NCBI RefSeq assembly: GCF_025526975.1
Contig: NW_026515668.1
Location: forward strand, 1,922,001-1,986,000
Length of the DNA stretch: 64,000 nucleotides
Source of the DNA: Fimicolochytrium jonesii
Lineage: Eukaryota
Direction of reading: 5' to 3'
Shown here: positions 24,537 to 36,295 of the stretch, one piece after another
How positions within the stretch are numbered: position 1 is the first letter of the stretch
Layout: each line of letters starts with the position of its first letter
Translations under genes and position numbers: made by a program
The notes under the pieces: model-generated
Databases searched by the model: none
What the model was told of the DNA's origin: nothing
What the model saw: only the letters and a program-made list of their open reading frames with translations

Positions 24537-27500
24537 CCGCCTGCAGCGTCTCGGCGTCCAGACAACCCAAGGGACCTACCGGACCCCGACTGCAGGACAC
24601 CATTCCGGAATACCGCCCTGGGCCCGTCATTGACAGCACACGTTCATGGTCCATGGACGTGTCGGCGGCATCTTCTGCCGCATCCTCATAGACACCGGTT
24701 GCAATACCATGCTCATCAGCGACTCATTCGCCCAACGCCATGATCTTAACACATACAACTGTCCGACGCCCTTTGAGGTGCGCTGGGGTGACAAAGCCGG
24801 ATCGTACGGCGCCACGCGGATGATTTGTGCCGACCTCTCCGTCTTCACGGAGGTACAAATACCTCATAAGACCCCTCGGATCCCGTTCGTCGTGGCCCCG
24901 ATCCGCGCGGATGTTATCCTAGGGCTACCCTACATCTTGGACCTTGACCTCATAGGCTTATGGCGCGACAATGGGTTCCCTGCGCCTCAATTTGAGGCTA
25001 ACGCAACCGTACTAACTTTCCAAGCTAAACCTACCACCCGCCGATGGCAGCAACCCAGCGCTTGCGCGGCCCGGTTACTCGAACCTCATACGGGCCCTTG
25101 CCCCCGCCGTTTCTACCCCAAACGCACGGCCTTAAATGAGGAGGGCTTCCTCACGGCCAAACAATTCAAGCAAGCGATCAAGAGGGATAAGACCACCGAG
25201 GTCTATACCACATGGGTCTCACGCACGGACACGGAGGTGGACCTGGCCACAGACGACGCCCTCGCGGACGTCGCCGAAGCCGAGGCTAACTTTGTTCGCA
25301 CGGTCGAGGCGAAGAAACGTGCGATCCTAGCGGACCAAAAGGCAACGGCCACCCCTCCGGATACCACCGCGGAGGATCCACTTGCGTTGTTTGCCGCCGA
25401 CCACCCTCTTTGCTCCACGCTTGAACAGTTTACAGATACCCTCTTCACTGAACAGACCGGCCTCCCGCCGGACCGCGGCGACGACAACTTCAGCATCAAT
25501 CTGAAGCCCGGCTCCAAGCCTGTCATGCTCCCACTCCGCCACTTGGCCCCCGACGAACTCGACGAGCTACGGCAGCAACTCGAGCGTCTATCATCCCGCG
25601 GTGGATCTCCCGCTCTAAGAGCCCCTGGGGGGCACCCGTACTGTTTGCCCCAAAGAAGGACGGTGGCCTCCGCTGCTGCATCGACTACCGGGCCCTCAAC
25701 AAGATGACCCATAAGGACGCCACGCCCCTCCCGAACCTCAACGAGCTTCGGGACCGCCTCGTCGGCATGAAGGTCTTCACCGCTATCGACATCCGTGATG
25801 CCTACCACTGCAACCTCATTTGGGAGGAAGACCGTGAGAAGACTGCCTTCCGGATGCGCTTCGGCCAGTTCCAGTACAACGTATTACCCTTCGGGCTGAC
25901 GAACGCGCCCGCGACGTTCCAACGCCTCACGAACAAACTCCTGGGTGACAAGTACGATTTATGCCTCATCTCCTACCTCGATGACACCCTTATTTTCAGC
26001 CCCGACATGGACTCACACATCGGGCATGTCACAGAAGTGCTCAAGACCCTTTCGGCTCACCCCCTTCACGTGAAACCGTCCAAATGTCAGTGGGCAGTGG
26101 ACTAGGTCGAGTTCTGCGGGCACATGGTCGGTAAGGACGGCCTTTCCATCGCCCCGTCCAAGGTCGAGGCTGTCCGCGCTCGACCCGAACCCACCAGCGC
26201 CCTTGAGCTCCTCTCCTTCATGGGGCTAGTCAACTACGTCAAGGAATACATTGCGCAATATGCTGATACAGCCCTCCCACTGACCAACCTTCAATCCGGC
26301 ACCCGCCCATGGCAGTGGGGCGCCGGGGAACAAGCAGCCTTCGACACCATCAAGGCGCGCGTCGCCGATGCCCCTTGCCTGGCGTTCTTCGACCCCGATA
26401 ATGTCCCCTACGTCTTCTTCCACGCGTCGGGCTTCGACGTCGGGCTTCGCCGTCGGGGGCTGGATCGGTCAGGGCACGGACGGCAACTTTCCCATGCCGA
26501 ACCCACTGCCCACCACAAAAAAGGGCCTCAATAACCTTCCGCGCCTCCGCGTCATCTCATATTACTCACGCAAAATGGCTCCGGCCGAAACCCGATACCC
26601 CGTGCACGAACAGGAGCTCCTTGCGTTGGTCAAAGTGATCCGCGCTAACCGTCATTACCTCATTGGTCGCCAATTCCGTGCATTCGTCAACCACGAATCC
26701 CTCATATACCTCCAGAATCAGCCTCATCTCTCCCGGCGCCAGGCCGGCTGGGTGGAGTTCCTTCAGGACTACGACTTCACTATCAAATACCTCCCCGGCG
26801 AGTTCAATCACATCGCCGACATACTCAGCCGCACACCGCTGTACGCCCTGAAGTGCGCCAGCTGTCAGATGAACGTCGAAGTGTTCTCCATTGTCACCGG
26901 GACACCTCTCCCGGACATCACCGGCCGTCTCCCTACTGACGCCGAGTGGCTCACTGCGCTCAACGATGCCAAGTTCTGCAAGGACACCCTCACCCACCTG
27001 CAGACCACCGCGACGAACCCCGATGGCCCCTCTACCCTCTCAGGTTTCGCCCGCCGCCTCACGTGCAACAACCGCGGCTTCCTTTTGTACCATGGCCGCC
27101 GCTACGTCCCGAGGGCCTTCGGGGCCCCCTCCTCAGGTTCTACCATGACTCCCTGGCCAACGGCGGCCACTCGGGTGTCCAGCGCACCGTCGCCAAGCTC
27201 CTCGCGCTCTACTACTGGCCCCGCCTCGAGCGCAAGGTCCACCAGTACGTCCGGACTTGTCCCGACTGCCAATGCAACAAGCAGGCTTCCAACTTTGGGC
27301 TCCTACGCAGCATCCCGGTCCCCGACGAGCGCTGGCGTTGCCGTGGATTGCACATCTACTTCCCCACCACGAACTCTAAAGGGGGGGAAGCGGGCGACAA
27401 ATCCATCATGGACAAGGGAGCCGTCCTCATCCTAGTGGACTACTTATCCAGCCGCGTAATCCTCTCGAGACCCACGCCAAGGCGACGGCAAAGGAACTGG

Positions 27501-28522
27501 CCCAGCTGTTCTTCGACCAGGCCTTCTGCATCACGGGCATGCCCCACACGATCATCAGCGATCGGGACACCAAATGGACCGGCGCCTTTTGGAAGCACCT
27601 CCTGAAGTGCGCCGGCGTAGAACAAGAACTCTCGTCAGCACGACACCAACAGACCGACGGCAAGACAGAGAACGTCATCAAGACAATCAAGAAGATGATG
27701 GTCCCCTACCTGAACTACACCGGCTCGAACTGGCGCGAGATGCTTCCCCTTCTCGAGTACAACTACAATAGGACGCCCCAGACCTCCACGGGCATGTCCC
27801 CGTACGAGATTGACATCGTGTACATCCCAAAGGTACCGGATCAATGGGGTACCAGCGACCCAACAGAGCAACTGAAACAGGCCCATCGAAAGTGCATTGA
27901 GGAGCGCATGCAGCAACTGACCGAGGTGAGCGGCATCGTTCAGCACAGACTCCGAGAGGCCCAGGACAGGCAGGCAAGATACTACGACAGGAACAAGAAT
28001 ACGGATGCGTTCGTGGTAGGCGACCAGGTCCTGCTGAACCGCAAAGGCATCCAGATCAAGAGTATCTCAGCCCGAAACAAGAAGCTGTCCGCGCTGTGGA
28101 TCGGGCCCTTCACCGTCAGCGGAAAGGAGCCCCACCCGGACACCTAGAAGCCGGAGCTCTCCCACAAGTTCAGTGGACTACACCCGGTGTTCCACGTCAA
28201 CATCCTACGCAGGTACAACCCTCCGGAGAACGGCCCATACCGAAAAGTGGACGCGCCACCCCCCCCGGAGGAAGTCAACGGCGGACTCAAACACTGAGTT
28301 GAAGTCATCCTTGATTCCAAGTGGGTACGCAACACCGAGATGTTCCTAGTCAAATGGGCCGGCTACGACGTGTCCCAGAACACCTGGGAGCCACCCCGAC
28401 ATGTCCGTGACACCTCGGCACACAAGCGATATGTCCGAAAGCAAGCTGCCAAGCGCCAGGAGATCCGGGAGACGAAGGCGAAGGAGAGAGCGGCAGTCTC
28501 CCGTCGCCGTAAACGTATCTGA
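24515..28522 (+). pseudogene. pol of element A (protease, RT, RNase H, integrase, chromodomain) with several stops and frameshifts
   Basis: ILIDTG, PFGLTNAPATFQR, YLDD, HEQELLA, SDRD...QTDGKTE, GPF, FLVKWAGYDVSQNTWEP. Confidence 0.93.
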
Positions 28523-28585
28523 ACCTTGTACATACATCAAAACAGAGTTTCTACTGTCCAAAATGACCATTACCATTACCGACTC

Positions 28586-28772
28586 ATGCGGGCGGGTACT
28601 TGTACCAGGGCCTATGATGCGGGCGGGTACATAGTACCAGGGCCTATGATGCGGGCGGGTACGAGGTACCAGGGCCTTTGCGAGCGGGCAAGCAAGGTGT
28701 CAGGGCTCATGCGGGCGGGTATGCAATACCAAGGCCTAGGATGCGAGCGGGTGCGAGGCACCGGGGCTCAGG
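28586..28772. repeat. Six degenerate ~31-bp tandem units in the 3' region of element A
   Basis: Consensus ATGCGGGCGGGTACnnnTACCAGGGCCT. Confidence 0.88.
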
Positions 28773-28858
28773 ACGATCGGTGAAGTACCACAGGGAAACG
28801 CTCCGAAGAGATCAAATTCAACAAAATATATACAAGAAAGAAGAACGACGACGCCAGG

Positions 28859-29617
28859 CTAAATACCAGCCTGTTTGGCGAAAGACCACTGGCAACGTGT
28901 GCCATGGCAGGCGGTCCCCATGCCACAACGCAGCGGGACAAACTGCTGGACGTTCATCTGGCTAGAGGGAGCGCGTCACGTCAGTGGCGGGACCTGTCGA
29001 AAATTCACGACTGTTGTACTTACGCGCGGACATGCCCCATACACTGGATGTGGTTGCAGGGGAAGACCCGCACGTCCTGGGCCAGACAATCGCAGTCGTG
29101 CCACACACAGGTGCAGGGTAGCGCCTGGCAGAAGAGCAGTGCTTCACACTCCTCCCCGAAACCGTCAACGTAGCCGCACGTGAACTCCCTGACGGGCATG
29201 TCGGTCTGTCGGGAAGAGACGTGCGCTGTCACTCACCTCACGGGAACCACCCATGACATGCGGTTCCTTACCGTGTCATCACAGAGCGGGAGGATGCAAG
29301 GCCGGCATATAACGTGCTGGCACGCCGAGAGGAACATCTTGCGGGGGCGGTACGTGTTGCAGTTCCAACACGTAGGTCGGGCCAGTGGAGGCGGGGGCTC
29401 CGGGATACTGCCCGAGTGCACCTTGGGGGGGTCCTGAGATAGAACTGGTCAAACCATGTAAGTTCGGTCAATTGGGCAACCTCCGTGGACTCACCACTCG
29501 CTGTCGCTTGAGAGCCTTCTTTAGGCTGTCCCCTTTGGTGGGGCCCTTGCCTACTTTCTTCTTGCCCGATGACGGGCCGGCGGCAGTGGGCTTGACAGGA
29601 GGAGCTACGCTGGCCAT
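28859..29617 (-). CDS. Antisense spliced gene inside element A: 189-aa protein with basic N-terminus and two RING-like fingers; exons 29617-29495, 29433-29272, 29205-29024, 28961-28859
   Basis: Three GT-AG introns (61, 66, 62 nt; donors GTGAGT, GTAAGG, GTAAGT) give an open 570-nt CDS with CWNC-CQH-CRPC-C..C and CVWHDC-CNH-CMGH-C..C. Confidence 0.75.
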
Positions 29618-29717
29618 AGTGAAGAGGGGAACGGCAACGGTGAGAGGTTGGGAGATTGGGAGCAAGAAATGTAAGTCCGGGGACTGGCGGGAAGGTGCCG
29701 AGGGGACTACTGCCTTC

Positions 29718-29725
29718 CTTTTATA
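29718..29725 (-). promoter_or_regulatory. TATA box of the antisense RING gene
   Basis: TATAAAAG on the minus strand ~100 nt upstream of ATG 29617. Confidence 0.55.
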
Positions 29726-29870
29726 TGCCGCAGGGACAAGGACCATAGCGCCCCACGACCAGCTGCGGCCGAGTCATCTCTATCTCATATCAGCGTGGAT
29801 CTGATTGCCATCGTGGTGACCACCGGTGACGCCAGCCGCTCCAGTAGAGCCATGCGCTTTCCTCATGGCC

Positions 29871-30400
29871 TGTTATGGACGACGCGTCCATACCATGCGC
29901 TTACCTCATGACAGCATCCCAACAGTCAGTCAATGTCAATTCCCTGTCAAAACCTGACATCTGCCAAACCTCGCAGCCGCACGCAGCCGCGCTACCCCAC
30001 ACCTGCCACTGCCTTCATTTCTCCACGCAGCCGCACGTAGCCACACCTCCCAACACTCGGCGCTTACAAACCCTTCTCCATACTTCCCCACGTACCCGCC
30101 CACAGCCTCAGCGTAGCCACCCCATCCCCAGTCTTCTATTTCTATGCTTCCCCCGCCCTTGGCGCTTCTCTTGGCTTCCCTCTCATTCCGTACCCTTCTG
30201 CTTCCCCACGCTTCCCCAGCCTTCCCAGAAAAGCATAAATAGCCGCCTCCCCTGAGCTCCCCACTTCCTGATCCCCCAGCAGATCAACACCAGTTCTTCC
30301 TAGTCTTGTTCTAGTTCTTGTTTCGGTCTGAATACCATTACCTGTCAACAACCTGCACCACAAGTCGCCTCTATTCCGTCGGCTCCGCCCATTCATAACA
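29871..30400 (+). repeat. 5' LTR of element B
   Basis: TGTTATG...CATAACA termini, 530 bp. Confidence 0.97.
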
Positions 30401-30451
30401 GTTTGATCTGCTCAACAACCCCCAGCCGCTGTGCCTCCATGCCAAATCACC

Positions 30452-31330
30452 ATGTCCGACGCCCTTCCCCTCACGGCCGAAGCCTGGCAAGCCATGTGCA
30501 ATGCGATTGACGAACTTCGAGCGCAGAATACCACCCTACAAGCCGAACTAGCGCAAACCCAGACCACTGCCCCTGCCACCCACGCCCCCGAACCCAAAAT
30601 CAGTCTCCCAGACAAATTTGATGGCACCCGAAGCAAGTTCCGTGGGTTCCTCAACCAGATCCGGCTCATGTTCGCCCTCCAACCCAGGCGCTACCCCAAC
30701 GATCAGACCGAGATACGAACTATTGGCACCTACCTCACTGGCACCGCCCAGGCCTGGCTGGCGCCCCTTGTCGAACAAGACCATCATTCCCTTACGAACC
30801 TGGATGATTTCATCCAGCAAATGCAAGCAGTCTTTGGAGACAGCGACAGGATCCGCACGTCCGAAAACAAGCTCCAGAACCTTCGACAAACCCGTGCAGC
30901 AACAGAGTATGTAGCTGAATTCCGACAGCTGCAATGCGATGCGTCGTGGAATGACCAGGCATTGATTGCCACCTTCCGTCGCGGCCTCAAAGAAGACGTC
31001 AAGGACTTAATGCTCACGATGCCCCCTACCGCCTCAATCGACACCGTGATGGAACAGGCCATCCAATGTGACAACCGATTGTTTGAGCGCTGTCTAGAGC
31101 GAAGCAGGAACCGACAGCCATATGTGCCAGTTACCACTAGCCCCACCCTCATGAGCCCCGACAACCGCCCAGACAACCCTATGGTCATTGACGCTGCTCG
31201 TCTGCGAGGACCCCTCACACCGCTAGAGCGCCAACACCGCATCACAAACAAACTTTGCCTCTATTGTGGTAAACCTGGCCACATAGCCAACGCGGTTAAG
31301 GAACCTGCACCCATCCAGGATTTTGCCTAA
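30452..31330 (+). CDS. Gag of element B
   Basis: PDKFDGTRSKFRGFLNQ, YLTGTAQAW, FRRGL, CLYCGKPGH (last knuckle Cys missing). Confidence 0.9.
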   Translation: MSDALPLTAEAWQAMCNAIDELRAQNTTLQAELAQTQTTAPATHAPEPKISLPDKFDGTRSKFRGFLNQIRLMFALQPRRYPNDQTEIRTIGTYLTGTAQAWLAPLVEQDHHSLTNLDDFIQQMQAVFGDSDRIRTSENKLQNLRQTRAATEYVAEFRQLQCDASWNDQALIATFRRGLKEDVKDLMLTMPPTASIDTVMEQAIQCDNRLFERCLERSRNRQPYVPVTTSPTLMSPDNRPDNPMVIDAARLRGPLTPLERQHRITNKLCLYCGKPGHIANAVKEPAPIQDFA

Positions 31331-34300
31331 GTCCAGCTGCAGTAAAGGCCGAGCAGCTGGGCAACACCTGTCCTGGGCCTTCTCACCACGCAAGTACTGC
31401 CAAGGGAGAAGCCACAAAACCTTGCTCCGATCCTGGCATCTCCAGCAACACCCTTCTCCTGACCACCAACAATGTCAATCTCCGATCTGAGATACCCTCA
31501 CCCATGCGGATTTTGGGCCCATCCTCACCATTCAAGTACCCTGTTACCCTGCAGATATCGGCCCAGCGAGCTCCAGTTCAGCTTTCAGCACTACTTGACA
31601 CCGGTGCGATGTCGTGCTTCATCGACGAAAGTTATGCCCGCAAGCACCGCATCCCACTTGTCAAGAAGGAGGACCCCATTGCCCTTGAACTGGTTGACGG
31701 ACGTCCCAGCCATGCGGGCTCCATTACCCATCACACCCAACCTTTGGGCATGTGGGTCAACGACCATTTTGAGGAGGTGGTATTCCATGTGACCTGTTCC
31801 CCGCATGCGCCAATCATCCTGGGGCTTCCCTGGTTTGAGCTCCATGATGTGGAGCTACACTGGAAGACTCGCACTCTTTGCGTCCGCTGCCATTGCGGTT
31901 TTGGACAATACGCCTCCTGGGATGCCCTGCCAACAGAACCTAGCCCGAAGCCCTCAAGAACCCCTGAACCTCTGATCCGTATCCATCAAGACGAGATTTC
32001 AGTCTCCCTAGCCCAGACACCCAACACACTGGACCCAGCACCCACACCGATCCACGTATCGTTTATCAGCGCCCCAGCTTTCCGTGTGGCGGCAAGGCAT
32101 GACCAGGCATTCATTGCCTACGCCAATCTGACCAAGTCAGATTCCCAAGCCCTGGCGACCACTCCTCCAAAAGATCCGAAGGCCATCATTCCTGAAGAAT
32201 ACCAAGATTTTGCGGACGTCTTCGCCAAGAAGAACGCGGATACCCTCCCAGAGCACCGACCCTACGACTGTCCCATCGACTTAGAAGAGGGCAAACAGCC
32301 ACCGTTCGGCCCGATCTATAGTCTCAGCGAGCCTGAAATGCAGGCACTCTTTGACTACCTTGAAGAGAACCTAGCTAAGGGGTTCATCAAGCACTCCAAG
32401 TCTCCCGCCGGTGCCCCAGTCCTCTTTGTCAAGAAAAAGGACGGTTCCCTCCATCTGTGCGTCGACTATCGTGGACTCAACAATATCACCATCAAGAATC
32501 GCTATCCCTTGCCCTTGATTAACAGCATCATGGATCGTCTTCGAGGGGCACGCCGGCTCACCAAGATTGACCTCCGGGGAGCCTACAACCTTCTTCGGAT
32601 CCGGCCAGGGGATGAATGGAAGACAGCGTTCCAATGTCGCTACGGCCTATTCGAGTATAATGTCATGCCGTTTGGGCTCACCAATGCCCCTGGAGTATTC
32701 CAACACCTCATGAACGACATATTCCGTGACATTCTCGACGTTTTTGTTGTGGTCTACCTTGATGACATTCTGATCTTCTCAAAAAACCCAGAAGACCACC
32801 CCAACCACGTCCGAGAGGTGCTCTCACGACTCCGCCAGCACGGGCTGTATGCGAAACCGGAAAAATGCGAATTCAACCGTGACTCTGTTGAGTTCCTGGG
32901 GTTTATCATCTCCCAGCAAGGCATTTCCATGGACCCAAAGAAGACGGCTGCCATTACCGAATGGGAACCCCCGACGAATGTCAAAGGCATCCAGCGCTTC
33001 CTTGGTTTTGCCAACTTCTACCGGCGATTCATCAAAGGGTACTCTGCGATCGTTGCACCCCTGACCACGCTCACTCGCAAAGACTTGCCATTCAAATGGA
33101 CCCACGCTGCACACCTAGCTTTTGAAACCCTCAAGAAAGCCTTCACCTCCGCACCTATCCTGACTCACCCCGACCCTGACAAGCCCTTCATTGTCGAATC
33201 CGATGCCTCCGACTTTGCCCTTGGCGCCGTCCTCCTTCAACCCAATGACACAGATCAACTCCACCCCGTGGCCTTTCACTCCCGCAAATTTACTCCTGAG
33301 GAAATCAACTATGAGATCTACGACAAGGAACTCCTGGCTATCCAAGACTCATTTGCTCAATGGCGACACCACCTCATTGGTGCCCGCCACAAGGTCATCG
33401 TTTACTGTGACCACAAGAACCTCCAGTACTTCATGACTACCCGTACCCTCAACCGCCGCCAATCCCGCTGGTCAATCTTCTTTGCTGATTTCGATTTTGT
33501 CATCACATACCGCCCTGGTACCCAGCAACACCAAGCTGACGCCCTCTCTCGTCGCTCTGAATACGAGCTAAGGGAGGGGGAAGAAGCATTCCGCTCCCAG
33601 GAAACCACAATCCTCACCCCTGACCATCTCCGCCTGGCCGCCACTTATCTGACCCCACTGGACTCCTCGCTCCTTGACCAAATCAAAGCTGCCCTGGCAT
33701 CCGATGTGTTTGCGCAAACCATCTGGTGACAGCTTAGGGCCCCCATTGCCCAGCAATCGCAAGAAGACCAAGAACGGATAAAGCGATTCTCCAAGGAAAA
33801 TGGGGTTCTGCTGTACGACAACCTTGTCTACGTCCCCACCAACAAGCTCCGTGCTGAGATCTGCCGGGACATGCATGACACGCGTTTGGCAGGACACTAC
33901 GGCATGTCAAAGACCCTGGAGCTCATCTCACGCAACTACTGGTGGCCTAGCCAGTGGCGTTTTGTCAAGTCCTACATCAGGTCCTGCGACGTATGTGCTC
34001 AAGCCAAGACCAGCAGACACAAGCCCTACGGACTCCTCCAACCCCTGCAGGTCCCTGACCGCCCCTGGGGGTCAATTTCTATGGACTTCATCACGGATCT
34101 ACCCGCCAGTGATGGGGTTGATTCTGTGCTCGTTGTCATCTGCCGGTTCACCAAGATGGCGCACTTTGTACCGTGCAGGAAAACTGCCACCGCTGAGTCA
34201 ACTGCAGATCTGATCTGGCACCATGTCATCCGGCTCCATGGACTCCCCGACGATATTGTATCTGACCGTGGCCCACAGTTCAACTCCCACTTCTGGAAAC

Positions 34301-35172
34301 GTCTCTTCGCTCTCCTGGGAACCAAGGTCAACCTCTCATCGGCGTTCCATCCCCAGAGCGATGGACAAACCGAGCGGACCAATCAGATTCTTGAGCAATA
34401 CCTTCGCTGCTTTTGCAACTATCAACAAGATAACTGGAAGGAACTCTTGTCTTCTGCTGAGTTCTCTTACAATAACACCATCCACTCCGCCACCCAGACA
34501 ACCCCCTTCTACGCCAACTATGGGTTCCATCCTCGATTCAGTCTGGCTTCCGCCACCACAACCGAATCCCTTAATCCTGCAGCCGAAGCTCGTGCCAACC
34601 ATCTCAAGGAAATCCATGAACAGCTTGCCACTGAGCTCAAGGAGGCCCAAGGACGCATGAAGCGCTTTGCCGATGCTAAGAGGGCACCTGGCCCAGACAT
34701 GAAACCCGGGGACAGTGTCTGGCTCTTACAGCGGAATCTCAAGACTCTCCGACCTTCCCAGAAACTTGATCACCGTAAGATTGGCCCCTTCACAATCACG
34801 GAGAAGATCAACTCGGTCACATATCGCCTCAAGCTTCCCCCATCCTACAAAATTCACAACGTCTTCCATGTCTCCCTTCTTGAACCACGTTTCACCATTC
34901 CGGAGCGAACTGAGCCAGAACCCACCCCACCAGAAGAAGTCGAAGGACAGGAGGAATGGATTGTGGAAGACATTCTTGACTCCCGTATTCGACGCACGCA
35001 CCTTCAGTACCTCATCAAGTGGCAGGGTTGGCCAAGCTCGGAGAACACATGGGAGCCAGTGGAACACCTTGCCCGCTGTCAAGAGCTTGTTGCCCAGTTC
35101 CACCAAAAGTACCCCGACAAACCCCGACCAAAGCCTGCCAACATCAAAACAACATCCGGACGCCGTGGCTAA
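31300..35172 (+). pseudogene. Pol of element B (PR-RT-RNH-IN-chromodomain) with one in-frame stop at 33727-33729
   Basis: LLDTGA, YLDD, DASD, HHCC, SDRG...QSDGQTE, GPF, YLIKWQGWPSSENTWEP; ORFs 31504-33729 and 33871-35172 share a frame. Confidence 0.95.
31318..31381 (+). other. Predicted -1 ribosomal frameshift signal (G_GAU_UUU plus H-type pseudoknot)
   Basis: Heptamer 31318-31324 in the gag frame; stem CCAGCTGC/GCAGCTGG; loop AAGGCC pairs with GGCCTT 31376-31381; pol lies in the -1 frame. Confidence 0.75.
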
Positions 35173-35184
35173 AGGAGGGGGTGA

Positions 35185-35714
35185 TGTTATGGACGACGCG
35201 TCCATACCATGCGCTTACCTCATGACAGCATCCCAACAGTCAGTCAATGTCAATTCCCTGTCAAAACCTGACATCTGCCAAACCTCGCAGCCGCACGCAG
35301 CCGCGCTACCCCACACCTGCCACTGCCTTCATTTCTCCACGCAGCCGCACGTAGCCACACCTCCCAACACTCGGCGCTTACAAACCCTTCTCCATACTTC
35401 CCCACGTACCCGCCCACAGCCTCAGCGTAGCCACCCCATCCCCAGTCTTCTGTTTTTATGCTTCCCCCACCCTTGGCGCTTCTCTTGGCTTCCCTCTCAT
35501 TCCGTACCCTTCTGCTTCCCCACGCTTCCCCAGCCTTCCCAGAAAAGCATAAATAGCCGCCTCCCCTGAGCTCCCCACTTCCTGATCCCCCAGCAGATCA
35601 ACACCAGTTCTTCCTAGTCTTGTTCTAGTTCTTGTTTCGGTCTGAATACCATTACCTGTCAACAACCTGCACCACAAGTCGCCTCTATTCCGTCGGCTCC
35701 GCCCATTCATAACA
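35185..35714 (+). repeat. 3' LTR of element B
   Basis: Near-identical to 29871-30400. Confidence 0.97.
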
Positions 35715-35808
35715 TGGCCGACACCTGTGTCAGCTCCACATCAAGTAACAGCGGGGAGCGACTGACAGCTGCGGTCGGTGTCGGAGTGACACTTGGCTCT
35801 AAGGGGGG

Positions 35809-36295
35809 TGTAATGAGGTGCGGCAGGTGTCACCTTAGTGCGGGGAAGCAAGTAGGGCATGAGATCACGTGTAGCATAGATTATATTGGAGTTCTACGCT
35901 CTGGGGCGACTCCTGTTGGAGGTATCATCCTCAAGAGTCCTTAGCTAGGGTTCCCGTAGCTTAGTCCCCGGTTAGGGTTCTAGTAGTTAAGTTCCCCTTG
36001 TGACTCACCTCCCGCTTACGCCATGCTTACGCATATGGGAGTTCACTCTTTTCTTCCCCTTCGGACCTCACGTCCACTTTCTACTCCAGACTTCAATACA
36101 TACTTCACGGTACTACATCTCACACAACATAGAGTTTGCTCAGTCATCTGCTTCCTCTGCAAACTACTGCTAAGTACTCCCGAAGGGAAGAAAAGCCTTC
36201 GGGCGGCGCCCTGAGAGGTAGAAACTCTAGAATTCTTTCAATACATCGAAGCGGAGACAGAGCTAGCCTCTGGCAACGGACCTAGCATTATTACA
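35809..36295 (+). repeat. 3' LTR of element A (487 bp)
   Basis: TGTAATG...ATTACA, preceded by the PPT and followed by the TSD. Confidence 0.93.

Larger units (their letters stand above)
29871..35714 (+). mobile_element. Ty3/gypsy chromovirus LTR retrotransposon B (young, Tf1/sushi-like), 5-bp TSD TGGCC
   Basis: 530-bp LTRs 29871-30400 and 35185-35714 with 3 differences seen; TGGCC at 29866-29870 and 35715-35719; PPT 35171-35181. Confidence 0.97.
22754..36295 (+). mobile_element. Ty3/gypsy chromovirus LTR retrotransposon A (degenerate), 5-bp TSD GCTTG
   Basis: TG...CA LTRs 22754-22973 and 35809-36295; GCTTG at 22749-22753 and 36296-36300; PPT AAGGGGGG 35801-35808; gag-PR-RT-RH-IN-chromo order. 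Confidence 0.95.

Noticed and set aside
28586..28772. CRISPR-like array
   Set aside because: Contiguous degenerate units without unique spacers, eukaryotic context, no cas genes.
31292..31365. Apparent 74-bp insertion flanked by CAAC whose removal would restore the CCHC knuckle and fuse gag to pol
   Set aside because: No GT-AG boundaries, and the segment holds the slippery site and pseudoknot, so it is better explained as the native frameshift signal.
31333..31370. GCTGGGCAACA resembling the HDV ribozyme core
   Set aside because: Only 12 nt between the putative P1 strands, leaving no room for P2/P3.
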